NCBI GenBank assembly: GCA_963806225.1
Contig: CAWDXG010000004.1
Span: 1,888,001-1,952,000, forward strand
Origin: an uncultured delta proteobacterium
Lineage (GTDB): Bacteria; Myxococcota_A; Polyangia; Polyangiales; Polyangiaceae
Direction of reading: 5' to 3'
Length of the DNA stretch: 64,000 bases
Shown: positions 1 through 8,556 of the stretch, one piece after another
How positions within the stretch are numbered: position 1 is the first letter of the stretch
How the letters are laid out: each line of letters starts with the position of its first letter
The notes under the pieces: generated by a model
Databases searched by the model: none
Seen by the model: the letters and a program-made list of their open reading frames with translations, nothing else
What the model was told of the DNA's origin: nothing
Made by a program: the position numbers and the translations under genes

Positions 1-1049
1 TCGATCTGTCGGTGCTGCCGGACATGACCGAAGGTGCCATCATCGCGGCGGCGCCGGACGGACGCACGCGCTTCTTCTTGCCACGGCCCGCGAAAACCAC
101 GGTCATCCCCGCGGTGCCCGCCGGCATCAAGCTGCAGCCCGACGGCACGCTGCTGTTCACCCAGGACAACGACGCCATCCAGGTCGATGAGCTGGGCAAC
201 GTGCTGTGGCAGGTCTCGGCCGCCAGCCTCGGCGTGGCGGGCTTCAACCACGACATCATCGAGCTGCCGAACGGCCACTACATAGCCATGAGCTACGCGT
301 TCAAGGACGTGTTCCTCGACGCCGACCAGACGACGCATCACGTCTGCGGCGATCTGCTGGTCGAGTTCGATCGGCAGGGCCACAAGCTCTGGAGCTGGAA
401 CTCGTTCGATCATCTCGATGCGCAGCGCATCCACAGCGGCTACGAGAGCTTCGTGGCCGATCCAGCCACAGGGGAAAACGCCAACGACTGGACGCACGGC
501 AACGGCATCCTGTACCAGCCCCAGGACGACACGGTCCTGCTCAGCATGCGGCACCAGGATTGGCTCATCAAGATCGACCACAAGACGGGTGCCATCGTCT
601 GGCGGCTCGGCCCCGACGGCGACTTCAAGCTCACCTCCGGCGAGTGGTTCTGGCACCAGCACTCGCCCCAGTGGCAGTCCGACGGCTCGCTTCTGCTCTA
701 CGACAACGGCGTCACCAATCCGTACGTGCCGCTGGCGGACGGGCGTTCGCGCCCCATCCAGGTCGCCTTCGACGAGAAGGCAATGACCGCGCAGATCGTG
801 TGGTCCGAGACCAACGAGAAGTATCTGTCGATCATCGCGGGCGACAACGACCGCCTCGACAACGGCAACGTGAGCGTGCTCGACAGCTTCCTCCCGCTCC
901 CGGGCAGCGGCATCTTCACCGGCTATTCGCGCCTGCGCGAGGTCGACCAGAAGGACAACGCCTGGGTCTGGTCGATGAGGCTTCCCGACAACCGCTTCGC
1001 CTACCGCTGCATTGTCAGCTCGCGTCTGCCGGGCGAAGCGGCAGAGTAG
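1..1049 (+). CDS. Aryl-sulfate sulfotransferase (ASST family), probably 5'-truncated by window edge
   Basis: ASST-type motifs FNHDIIELPNG, DWTHGNGI, LSMRHQDW, HQHSPQW, LLYDNG; frame open from window start. Confidence 0.8.
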   Translation, partial: DLSVLPDMTEGAIIAAAPDGRTRFFLPRPAKTTVIPAVPAGIKLQPDGTLLFTQDNDAIQVDELGNVLWQVSAASLGVAGFNHDIIELPNGHYIAMSYAFKDVFLDADQTTHHVCGDLLVEFDRQGHKLWSWNSFDHLDAQRIHSGYESFVADPATGENANDWTHGNGILYQPQDDTVLLSMRHQDWLIKIDHKTGAIVWRLGPDGDFKLTSGEWFWHQHSPQWQSDGSLLLYDNGVTNPYVPLADGRSRPIQVAFDEKAMTAQIVWSETNEKYLSIIAGDNDRLDNGNVSVLDSFLPLPGSGIFTGYSRLREVDQKDNAWVWSMRLPDNRFAYRCIVSSRLPGEAAE

Positions 1050-1085
1050 CCGCACTGTCGACACTTCGTAGGCCCGCGCGCTCTC

Positions 1086-1101
1086 GTTGATGCGCATCAA
1101 C
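1086..1101. promoter_or_regulatory. FNR/CRP-family binding site (perfect TTGAT-N4-ATCAA)
   Basis: GTTGATGCGCATCAAC is a perfect 16-bp palindrome containing the canonical FNR consensus, intergenic, ~110 bp upstream of a cytochrome c gene. Confidence 0.75.
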
Positions 1102-1211
1102 CGCGGCGCGCAATCGCGACGCGCTACCGCGCAGAGCGAGTCGCACGCCTGACAGCCGTCAGACGGAACCATCGGAGGTCCGGCAGATCCTTGGAAGCGA
1201 GGAGGAGTGCC

Positions 1212-2732
1212 ATGCGCTTCAGCCGGTTCGCTCTCTGGGTCGCAGCCGTCACGGCCGCAACAGCCGTGTTGCTCAGCACCAGGCGCGCCACTGCCTATCC
1301 CGACTACGCCTCCGGGTGCGACATCTGTCACGGCACCTTCAACTCGGGCACCTACGTCTCGTTGAAGGACGGGCAGAGCTGGGGTACCGACCTGATGAAC
1401 GGCCACCTCGACAACATCATCGGCGGCTCGGGTGGACAACGCTGCAATGTCTGCCACTCCGGCAGTGGCAAGTCGCTCGTGCCGCTGAACACCTCGAACG
1501 GCACCGGCTCGCTGCCCGTGCTCGGCTGCATGGGATGCCACGGACGCGCGGCGGACAATATCTCGTCGAACCCCGACTGGGGAAAGAAGACCGGCTATGG
1601 CGCGGGGCTCCGCCAGCACCACTGGGCGAACGGCGTGAAGATCTGCAACAACTGCCACAAGGATGCCGATCCCGCGCAGTACACGCCCGTCGGCGAGGAT
1701 GTGCTGCCCCCCTACTACGGCGACACCACTTTCCCCCTGATCCCGACCGATCCCTGCAACCCGGGCAGCAGCGAGGATCGCATCGCCTCCACGCTCGGGC
1801 TGGACAACGACGGCGATGACGCCTTCGACCTGTCCGATTCCGACTGCTCGTGCACGGCGACAACATGCGCCGCCGAGGGCAAGGATTGCGGCAGCATCTC
1901 CGACGGCTGCGGCGGCACCCTGGGTTGCGGCTCCTGCACGGCGCCGCAGACCTGCGGCGGCGGCGGCACGGCCAACGTCTGCGGCTGCACGCCCACGAGC
2001 TGCGCCGCCGAGGACAAGAACTGCGGAAGCATCTCCGACGGCTGCGGCGGATCACTGGACTGCAGCACCTGTGCGTCGCCAGACACCTGCAGTGGCGGCG
2101 GTACGCCCAACGTCTGCGGCTGTGCGCCGGACACCTGCGCTTCGCTGGGTGTCCAGTGCGGAGCCGTCGGAGACGGCTGCGGCGGATTGCTCGATTGCGG
2201 CGGCTGCACGCCGCCGGCGAGCTGCGCGGCCGGCGTGTGCGTCGATGCCGACGCGGGCACAGGCGCCGACTCGGGCGTTCCGGACGCGGCGGAAGCGTCG
2301 ACCGACGCGTTCGTCGATGCGCAGCAGGACGCCCCGGCCGAGGCAACCGGCGACGCGACAACCGGCGACGCGGCAACCGGCGACGCGGCAACCGGTGACG
2401 CGGCAACCGGCGACGCGGCAACCGGCGACGCGGCAACCGGCGACGCGACAACCGGCGACGCGACAACCGGCGACGCGACAACCGGCGACGCGCTCGCCGA
2501 AGCGACGGCGGGCGATGCGACGGGGCACGACGCGCTCGCTGAAGCGGCAACCGATGCGGGAGCGGCGGCCAACGACGCCGGCGCGAGCTCCGCGAGCTCG
2601 GGCGACAACGGCGGGTGCAGCTGCCACCTCGCTGGCGGCGGGCGATCCCCGGCGAGCGGCATGTGGCTGCTGGCACTTTCCGCGCTGCTGCTGTCGCAGG
2701 TGCGTCGCCGACGGCGAAACCGGCGCACCTGA
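1212..2732 (+). CDS. Secreted tetraheme cytochrome c with Cys-rich repeats, low-complexity stalk and MYXO-CTERM-like anchor
   Basis: SD GGAGGAG at 1201; signal peptide; CDICH, CNVCH, CMGCH, CNNCH; three CGxxxDGCGG repeats; (A/T)TGDA repeats; C-terminal GGCSC + hydrophobic helix + RRRRR. Confidence 0.8.
   Translation: MRFSRFALWVAAVTAATAVLLSTRRATAYPDYASGCDICHGTFNSGTYVSLKDGQSWGTDLMNGHLDNIIGGSGGQRCNVCHSGSGKSLVPLNTSNGTGSLPVLGCMGCHGRAADNISSNPDWGKKTGYGAGLRQHHWANGVKICNNCHKDADPAQYTPVGEDVLPPYYGDTTFPLIPTDPCNPGSSEDRIASTLGLDNDGDDAFDLSDSDCSCTATTCAAEGKDCGSISDGCGGTLGCGSCTAPQTCGGGGTANVCGCTPTSCAAEDKNCGSISDGCGGSLDCSTCASPDTCSGGGTPNVCGCAPDTCASLGVQCGAVGDGCGGLLDCGGCTPPASCAAGVCVDADAGTGADSGVPDAAEASTDAFVDAQQDAPAEATGDATTGDAATGDAATGDAATGDAATGDAATGDATTGDATTGDATTGDALAEATAGDATGHDALAEAATDAGAAANDAGASSASSGDNGGCSCHLAGGGRSPASGMWLLALSALLLSQVRRRRRNRRT
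2343..2492 (+). repeat. 15-bp tandem repeat x10 (RCAACCGGCGACGCG) encoding (A/T)TGDA
   Basis: Ten contiguous units read directly, no spacers, in frame within the CDS. Confidence 0.95.
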
Positions 2733-2747
2733 GACGACCGCGGCTGC

Positions 2748-3656
2748 CTAGCCGCCACCCTTGCCGAGCCGCTCTTCGAGCTCCTCGATGCGGCGCGGCC
2801 AGTCGCCCTTGAGCAGGCGCGAGAGCGCGCGATCGGCCAGCACGCGACCGCCCGTCTGGCAGCGCGGGCAGTAGTTCGTCTCGTTGTCCGCGTAGCGGAT
2901 GCGCTGCACCAGCGTACCGCACACCGGGCACGGCTTTCTGTAGCGCCCGTGCACCGCCATGCCCTCGCGGAACGCCGTCACCTTCTCCGGAAATCCGTCG
3001 CCCGCCTCGGCGCGCAGCCGCTCCGTCCACTTCGTCAGCACCTCGCGCGCCGCGGCGAAGAGCCGCTCGAGCTCGTCGTCGCCGAGCTGTGCCGTGCGCT
3101 GCACCGGCGACAGCTGCGCGCGGTGCAGGATTTCGTCCGAGTAGGCGTTGCCGATCCCGCTGAGCAGCCGCGGATCGGTCAGAGCGCGCTTGAGCGTGTG
3201 GTTTTCCCGGAGCAGCGCTTCGCGAAAGCCCGGAAAGTCCGTCTCCAGCGGTTCCACCCCGCCGCGGTCGAACTCCGACAGCGCCTCCGCGCCGCGGACC
3301 ACGTGCAGGCTCGCGCGCTTCTTCGTGCCCGCCTCCGTCATCAGCAGGCTGCCCTCTGGAAAGTCGAACGCCAACAGTCCCAGCTTCTTGGGGATCGCCG
3401 CGCCGCGTTCCCGCCAGCGGAACCGCCCCGCGATCATCAGGTGCATCACCAGGAACAGCTCACCCTCGAGCTCCAGGACGATGCGCTTGCCGATGCGCCG
3501 CACCCCCGTTACGCGCTTGCCGGTCACGCTCTCGATCGGTGGCTCGTAGCTCCGGAGGACGAACGGGCTCGCGATGCGCACTTTCTCGATCGGCTCCCCA
3601 ACGACAAGAGCAGTCAGCCGCTCCACGTACACCGCCACATCGGGTAGCTCCGGCAC
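2748..3656 (-). CDS. mutM: Fpg/Nei family DNA glycosylase/AP lyase
   Basis: N-terminal PELPD, HLMIAG, H2TH GIGNAYSDEIL, zinc finger CPVC...CPRC. Confidence 0.9.
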   Translation of the reverse strand: MPELPDVAVYVERLTALVVGEPIEKVRIASPFVLRSYEPPIESVTGKRVTGVRRIGKRIVLELEGELFLVMHLMIAGRFRWRERGAAIPKKLGLLAFDFPEGSLLMTEAGTKKRASLHVVRGAEALSEFDRGGVEPLETDFPGFREALLRENHTLKRALTDPRLLSGIGNAYSDEILHRAQLSPVQRTAQLGDDELERLFAAAREVLTKWTERLRAEAGDGFPEKVTAFREGMAVHGRYRKPCPVCGTLVQRIRYADNETNYCPRCQTGGRVLADRALSRLLKGDWPRRIEELEERLGKGGG

Positions 3657-3700
3657 GGCGCGATCCTGCCCGACACCTCAGGCGTGCGATAGCCGTTTGT

Positions 3701-4327
3701 TCAGCCGCCGGGGCACGTCAGCACGAAGCCATCCAACCCGTTGCCGAAGACCTGCACGCACTGCTCGCGGCACGGCGTTCCCGTCGGGAAGCAGCCGCAG
3801 TCGAGTGTCTTCTTGCAGGCGTCCGGGAGCGGTTTGCAGGTGTAGCTGTTCGGGCCGCCGGTGTCGCTCAGGCTCACCTGGCAGTACGACGTCGTGCCGT
3901 CGCAGAAGCTCCACCCGCACGGGATGTCGTTCTGGGGTGGAGCGCACCCGCCCTGCTCGCTCTTGTCCACGCCCGCGGTGTGGGCGGCACATTCGTTGCC
4001 GTAGACCTTGCCGTCGCAGCCACAGACCGGATCGTACAGGAAGTCACACTTGCCGGGGCGCGGCCGACACGTCCCCTGCTGATCGTTGCGGCCGCAGCTG
4101 TCCGGCGAAAAATCGCAGAACGAGGCCGCTTCGCAGGTCGCGCCAGTGATGCCGCCGCAGACGCCACCGCCGCCCGCAGCGCCGGCGCTGCCACCGCTGC
4201 CCGCAGCCCCACCGGTCCCACCCACACCGGCAGTGCCGCCCGCACCGCCACCGCCCGAGGTGGTCGACCCGCCGCACGCGACGAGCCACGCCGCCGCCAG
4301 ACACCCGACCCATACCCGCACCCGCAT
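3701..4327 (-). CDS. Cys-rich lipoprotein with Kazal-type domain
   Basis: Lipobox LVAC, Gly-rich linker, Kazal signature YDPVCGCDGKVYGNEC. Confidence 0.75.
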   Translation of the reverse strand: MRVRVWVGCLAAAWLVACGGSTTSGGGGAGGTAGVGGTGGAAGSGGSAGAAGGGGVCGGITGATCEAASFCDFSPDSCGRNDQQGTCRPRPGKCDFLYDPVCGCDGKVYGNECAAHTAGVDKSEQGGCAPPQNDIPCGWSFCDGTTSYCQVSLSDTGGPNSYTCKPLPDACKKTLDCGCFPTGTPCREQCVQVFGNGLDGFVLTCPGG

Positions 4328-4380
4328 GCCGCGAGCCTACAGCCGTTCGCCCCTCCGGGCGAGGTCGGGCGACAGCTCGC

Positions 4381-6618
4381 TCAGACCCGTTCGATCCGCG
4401 CCGGCACGTTCTTGTGCCAGGGCGTGCCGACAAAGGGATCGCGATCGGCCGTGGAGGTGAGCTCGTTCGGAGCAACGCCGCCGGCGGATCCGGCATCGGG
4501 GTAGCCGACGCCCAGACCGTTGGGCAGCGCGACGTGTCCGGGTTGCATGGTGTCGGAGACTTCCACCTCGACGACCACCTGGCCGCGCCGCGTTTCGAGC
4601 CGCACGCGGTCGCCGCTCGAGACGCCCAGCTCTTCTGCATCCGCCGGACTCATACGCAGCGCCCCGCCGGCGTCCTGCTTCCGCCAGGCGGGGTCGCGGA
4701 TGATCGTGTTGGCCGTGAACGAGCGCCGCTCGCCGGCGGACAACACGAACGGGTACGCGCTGTCCGCCAACGGCTCGGCCGCGAGCTTGCCGACCTCCGC
4801 CAACATGTCTTCGAGCGCCAGCTCGAGCTTGCCGCTCGGCGTCGACACCCTCGCAAACACGTCGTCCCACGTGTCGACTGCAAGCACGAGGCCGGAGTGA
4901 TGGGACAGCATGGCTTCGAACAGCTTCTGCGCGGCTTCGACTGGCGAACCCTCGTAACCCGCACGACCAAGCGACGCCCCGTGCTGCATCGCGAATGCGA
5001 AGCAGAGCCCGTAGAGCACCGCACCCTCGCGCACCTCTTCCGGTAGAGACGGACCGAGCGTGCGGTACAGGAGCGTCGACGACTGCCCCGAGAGGCGCGG
5101 ATCGCCCATGACGCGCGCCATGAACGCCTGCCCGTAGGCGTCGAGCCCCTGCTCGGCCGCCTCGCGGAGCGGCGCGTAGTCCTCCTCCGACACGGCGCCG
5201 AGCGCTTCGCAGAGCCGCGCGTGGATCTCCGCTTCGGGCAGCGGCCCGGCAGGAGGCGGATACAGCCGCGCCCGGAGGTGGAAATAGTTGTCGGGGAATT
5301 CGAAGTTGAAGAAGGTCGCCTCGGCCTTCTCGAACTGGCTCGCCGCCGGCAGAACGTAGTCGGCGGCCTTCCCGCTCTCGCTCATCGCGACATCGATGAC
5401 CACAACGGTGTCGAGCGCCGCCAGCGCCTCCCGCATGCGTTGGCTGTCGGCCAGCGAGTGCACGGGGTTCGCGCCCTCGACGATCATGGCGCGGTAGCGC
5501 GCGGGATGGTCGGTCAGGATCTCGTCGGCGATCACGTTGCAGGGCACGAGGCCTCCGATGATCGGCGCGCCGACCACCGGGCTCCTGCGCTTGAGAGCGC
5601 CGTTGGTGAAATCGATGAGCGGCGTCGGGATGTAGTGCGTTCCCGGCTTGCCGAGATTGCCCGTCAGCATCCACACAAGGCGATGCAGATAGCTCGCCAG
5701 CGTGGAGTGGCGGTTCATCTGCACGCCGAGATCCTCCATGCTCGCCAGCCGCTCGGCGCGACCGATGGCGCGCGCTGCCTTCTCGACCAACGCTTGATCG
5801 ACGCCGGCGCGATGGCAGAACTCCGCGACGGGCAGCGCGGCGAAGGTCGAGACGACCTCGTCGACGCCGACGGCGTGAGCCGCCAGAAACGCGCGGTCGA
5901 CCAGATCCTCGCGGACCAGCATCGCGACCAGGGCGGACAGCAGCCAGGCGTCGGTACCGGGGCGAACCTGCAGGTGGATGTCCGCCAGCTCGGCCGTCTC
6001 GGTGCGCCGCGGATCGATCACGATCAGCGTGCGCTCGGGGCTCGCGGCGATCTGCTTCAGCACCACACGCGCGCGCTGGATCGAGTGCGAGTGCCAAGGA
6101 TTCTTGCCGACAAAGAGCGCAACGTCGCAATGCTCGAAGTCGGCGCGCGTGGCCGACCCCATCATTCGATTCGCGATCCAGAACTCTCCGGTCTTCTCCT
6201 GTGCGAGCGCGCTCGACCGGTAGCGCGATCCGAGCGCCCGCCGGGTCGCCGTTGAATAGGCACCGGGCAGGTGATTCCCCTGTCCGCCGCCGCCGTAGTA
6301 GAAAATCGTCCCGCCGCCATGCTCGTCGCGGACGCGAGCGAGTCGTTCGGCAACCTCGGCGATGGCCTGGTCCCATCCGATGGGCTCGAAGCTGCCGTCG
6401 TCGCGCCGCCGGAGCGGCGTCGTCAGCCGGTCGCGACCGTGCTGGTAGTAGTCGAGCCGGTGCGGCTTCTCGCAGGCGTAGCCCTGCGATGCCGGGTGCC
6501 GGCGGTCACCGCGGAAGCGCACCAGTCGGCGGCCGTCGGGCCCGCCCAGCTGCACTTCGAGACCGCAGTTGCACTCGCACAGGATGCAGGCCGTGGGCTT
6601 CCACTCCGCTTCGGTCAT
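4381..6618 (-). CDS. Molybdopterin-dependent oxidoreductase (DMSO reductase/Fdh-Nap superfamily), cytoplasmic
   Basis: N-terminal CxxCxxxC...C Fe-S motif (CILCECNC...ACEK), DPRRTETA, ADYVLPAA, C-terminal molybdopterin dinucleotide-binding domain; no TAT signal. Confidence 0.9.
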   Translation of the reverse strand: MTEAEWKPTACILCECNCGLEVQLGGPDGRRLVRFRGDRRHPASQGYACEKPHRLDYYQHGRDRLTTPLRRRDDGSFEPIGWDQAIAEVAERLARVRDEHGGGTIFYYGGGGQGNHLPGAYSTATRRALGSRYRSSALAQEKTGEFWIANRMMGSATRADFEHCDVALFVGKNPWHSHSIQRARVVLKQIAASPERTLIVIDPRRTETAELADIHLQVRPGTDAWLLSALVAMLVREDLVDRAFLAAHAVGVDEVVSTFAALPVAEFCHRAGVDQALVEKAARAIGRAERLASMEDLGVQMNRHSTLASYLHRLVWMLTGNLGKPGTHYIPTPLIDFTNGALKRRSPVVGAPIIGGLVPCNVIADEILTDHPARYRAMIVEGANPVHSLADSQRMREALAALDTVVVIDVAMSESGKAADYVLPAASQFEKAEATFFNFEFPDNYFHLRARLYPPPAGPLPEAEIHARLCEALGAVSEEDYAPLREAAEQGLDAYGQAFMARVMGDPRLSGQSSTLLYRTLGPSLPEEVREGAVLYGLCFAFAMQHGASLGRAGYEGSPVEAAQKLFEAMLSHHSGLVLAVDTWDDVFARVSTPSGKLELALEDMLAEVGKLAAEPLADSAYPFVLSAGERRSFTANTIIRDPAWRKQDAGGALRMSPADAEELGVSSGDRVRLETRRGQVVVEVEVSDTMQPGHVALPNGLGVGYPDAGSAGGVAPNELTSTADRDPFVGTPWHKNVPARIERV

Positions 6619-6664
6619 ATCGGACAGTCTGGACAATATAGTCTCTTTATGCAACCATATTTGG

Positions 6665-7123
6665 ATGCGGCGGCGCTTCGACGACCAACGATGCTCGGTG
6701 GCTCAATCGCTGGAAATAATTGGGGATTGGTGGACATTGTTGATCATCCGCGACGCCTTCCTCGGCGTCCGCCGCTTCGCTGACTTCGAGGCCCGACTCG
6801 GGATCTCGAAGAACATCCTGACGCGGCGCCTCGCGCACCTGGTCGAGCACGGCGTGCTCGAGCGCGTCGACGCGGGCCGCCATGGGCAGCGCTACGAGTA
6901 CGTGTTGAGCGCGAAAGGCAGGGATCTGTTCACCGTGATCACCGCGCTCCGCCAGTGGGGCGACCGCTGGGTGTACGGCGAAGGCAACGAGCCGCTCGAA
7001 GTGCTCGACCGCCGCACCGGGCGCCCGATCCCGCGCGTCCGCGTGCTGGACGAAGAGGGGCAGCCCGTGCGTGCGCCGGATCTGGTCGTGCGCGAGCGCA
7101 CCGAAGGTGGAGCTACGGAGTAG
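6665..7123 (+). CDS. HxlR-family (MarR-like wHTH) transcriptional regulator
   Basis: CSVAQSLEIIGDWWTLLIIRD, RRFADF, YEYVLSAKGRDL, LRQWG; divergent from the oxidoreductase. Confidence 0.9.
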   Translation: MRRRFDDQRCSVAQSLEIIGDWWTLLIIRDAFLGVRRFADFEARLGISKNILTRRLAHLVEHGVLERVDAGRHGQRYEYVLSAKGRDLFTVITALRQWGDRWVYGEGNEPLEVLDRRTGRPIPRVRVLDEEGQPVRAPDLVVRERTEGGATE

Positions 7124-8477
7124 GCCGAACGCGATACACGTAGCCGTTCGAGTCGTCGGCGAAGAACAGGCTGCCATCGCGGCCGACGGCGATGCCGGTC
7201 GAACGCGCGATGCGGGTCACGCCGTCGGAAAGCTGGAAGCCGCCGATGAATTCCTGCCACTGCTTCGACGGGTCCGACCAGTCGACGGGTGTCTTCGGCG
7301 CGTCGCCGTTCATCGCCACATACGCGATGCGCGGCGGGGAGTAGTACTTGCCGGTCGTCTTGTGCCAGGAGCCGCGCACCGACAGGAACACGCCGCCCCG
7401 GTAGCTCTGCGGGAAGGCGTGCACCCCACCCTGCCCCGCCGGATAGAACGCCGCGCCGATGATCGTCGAATACGCGGGCATCTCGATCAGCGGCTGGACC
7501 GTCTTCGAGCAGTCGGCCCCGCTCACGTAGGCGTGGTGGTTCTCCTCGCACTCGGGCCAGCCGTAGTCGGCGATGCCGGGATGCAACGTCACCCCGTCGA
7601 AGAACTCGTACGGATGCCCCGTCGGCAGACTGTCCTGCCCGGCCCCGCCGGCCCAGAGCGTGCCCGTCGCCGGATTGATCGCCAGCGCGATCGCATTCCG
7701 GAAGCGCGTCGCGCGCGTGGTCATGTTCTTGCCGTCGGGATCCATCTGCTGGATCGTCGCGCGCGTTGGGTCGATCTCGGTGCAGGCGTTGCACGACGAG
7801 CCGACACCCGCGTACAGCTTGCCACCGCCGAAGACGACCGATGTCGTCTTGTGCACATCGCCGTCGCTGTTCGGCGGAATGCCGCCCTGGCGCACCTGTG
7901 CGATGGCATTGCCTACCGAGCCGCTGGTATCGGCGTCCCTGTACGGCATCGCATAGATCCCGTGCTGCGACGAGACATAGACCGTGCACGTCGACCCGGC
8001 GAACGCGACGCCCTGCACTGGTGAGTCGTTGATGGTCGCAAACACCACCGGCTGGCCCGCGCCGCTGTCGCGATCCGCGGCGGGCACCAGGTACACCGAG
8101 CTGTTGCTCGTCCCGACCAGCAGATCGCCGTTCGGCAGCGCCGAAAGCTCGCGCGCCTTCGGCACCCTCGCGATCACCTCGAGCGAGAACCCACTCGGCA
8201 CCGTCAGCGCCGGAGGCGACGGCAAACCCGTGGCCGGCGGAGCCGTCGATGCAACCGATCCGTTGCAGTCCGCGGGGAGCGGCGCGGCTTCCTTGCCGCC
8301 ATCCGTCGGCGCGGTTCCGCCGCTGCCACCAGTCGCGGAGCCACCCGAGCCCGCAGAACCGCCCGAGCCACCGCCCTCCGCCGAGGCGTCTCCCTGCGTC
8401 GCGGAAGACCCACTGCCACCGCACCCCGCGAGCAAGACGACCCCGGTTCCAAGACACAAGGCGCTCCAGAATCTCAT
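7113..8477 (-). CDS. Glucose/sorbosone dehydrogenase-like (PQQ-type beta-propeller) lipoprotein
   Basis: Lipobox LAGC; LYAGVGSSCNAC, RFRNAIAL, DYGWP, RGSW, DGSLFFADD motifs. Confidence 0.8.
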   Translation of the reverse strand: MRFWSALCLGTGVVLLAGCGGSGSSATQGDASAEGGGSGGSAGSGGSATGGSGGTAPTDGGKEAAPLPADCNGSVASTAPPATGLPSPPALTVPSGFSLEVIARVPKARELSALPNGDLLVGTSNSSVYLVPAADRDSGAGQPVVFATINDSPVQGVAFAGSTCTVYVSSQHGIYAMPYRDADTSGSVGNAIAQVRQGGIPPNSDGDVHKTTSVVFGGGKLYAGVGSSCNACTEIDPTRATIQQMDPDGKNMTTRATRFRNAIALAINPATGTLWAGGAGQDSLPTGHPYEFFDGVTLHPGIADYGWPECEENHHAYVSGADCSKTVQPLIEMPAYSTIIGAAFYPAGQGGVHAFPQSYRGGVFLSVRGSWHKTTGKYYSPPRIAYVAMNGDAPKTPVDWSDPSKQWQEFIGGFQLSDGVTRIARSTGIAVGRDGSLFFADDSNGYVYRVRPTP

Positions 8478-8556
8478 CGTTCACCTGCCAAGCGAGCTGT
8501 CCGCGTCCATGGTCAACGACGCGGGCAGCAGACGTCAAGGCAGAGCCCCGGGCTTG

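Noticed and set aside
2343..2492. Possible CRISPR array
   Set aside because: Contiguous 15-bp units without spacers, in-frame coding, no cas genes
2615..2630. Fifth heme motif in the cytochrome (CSCH)
   Set aside because: CxCH spacing inside the GCSC sorting motif, not CxxCH
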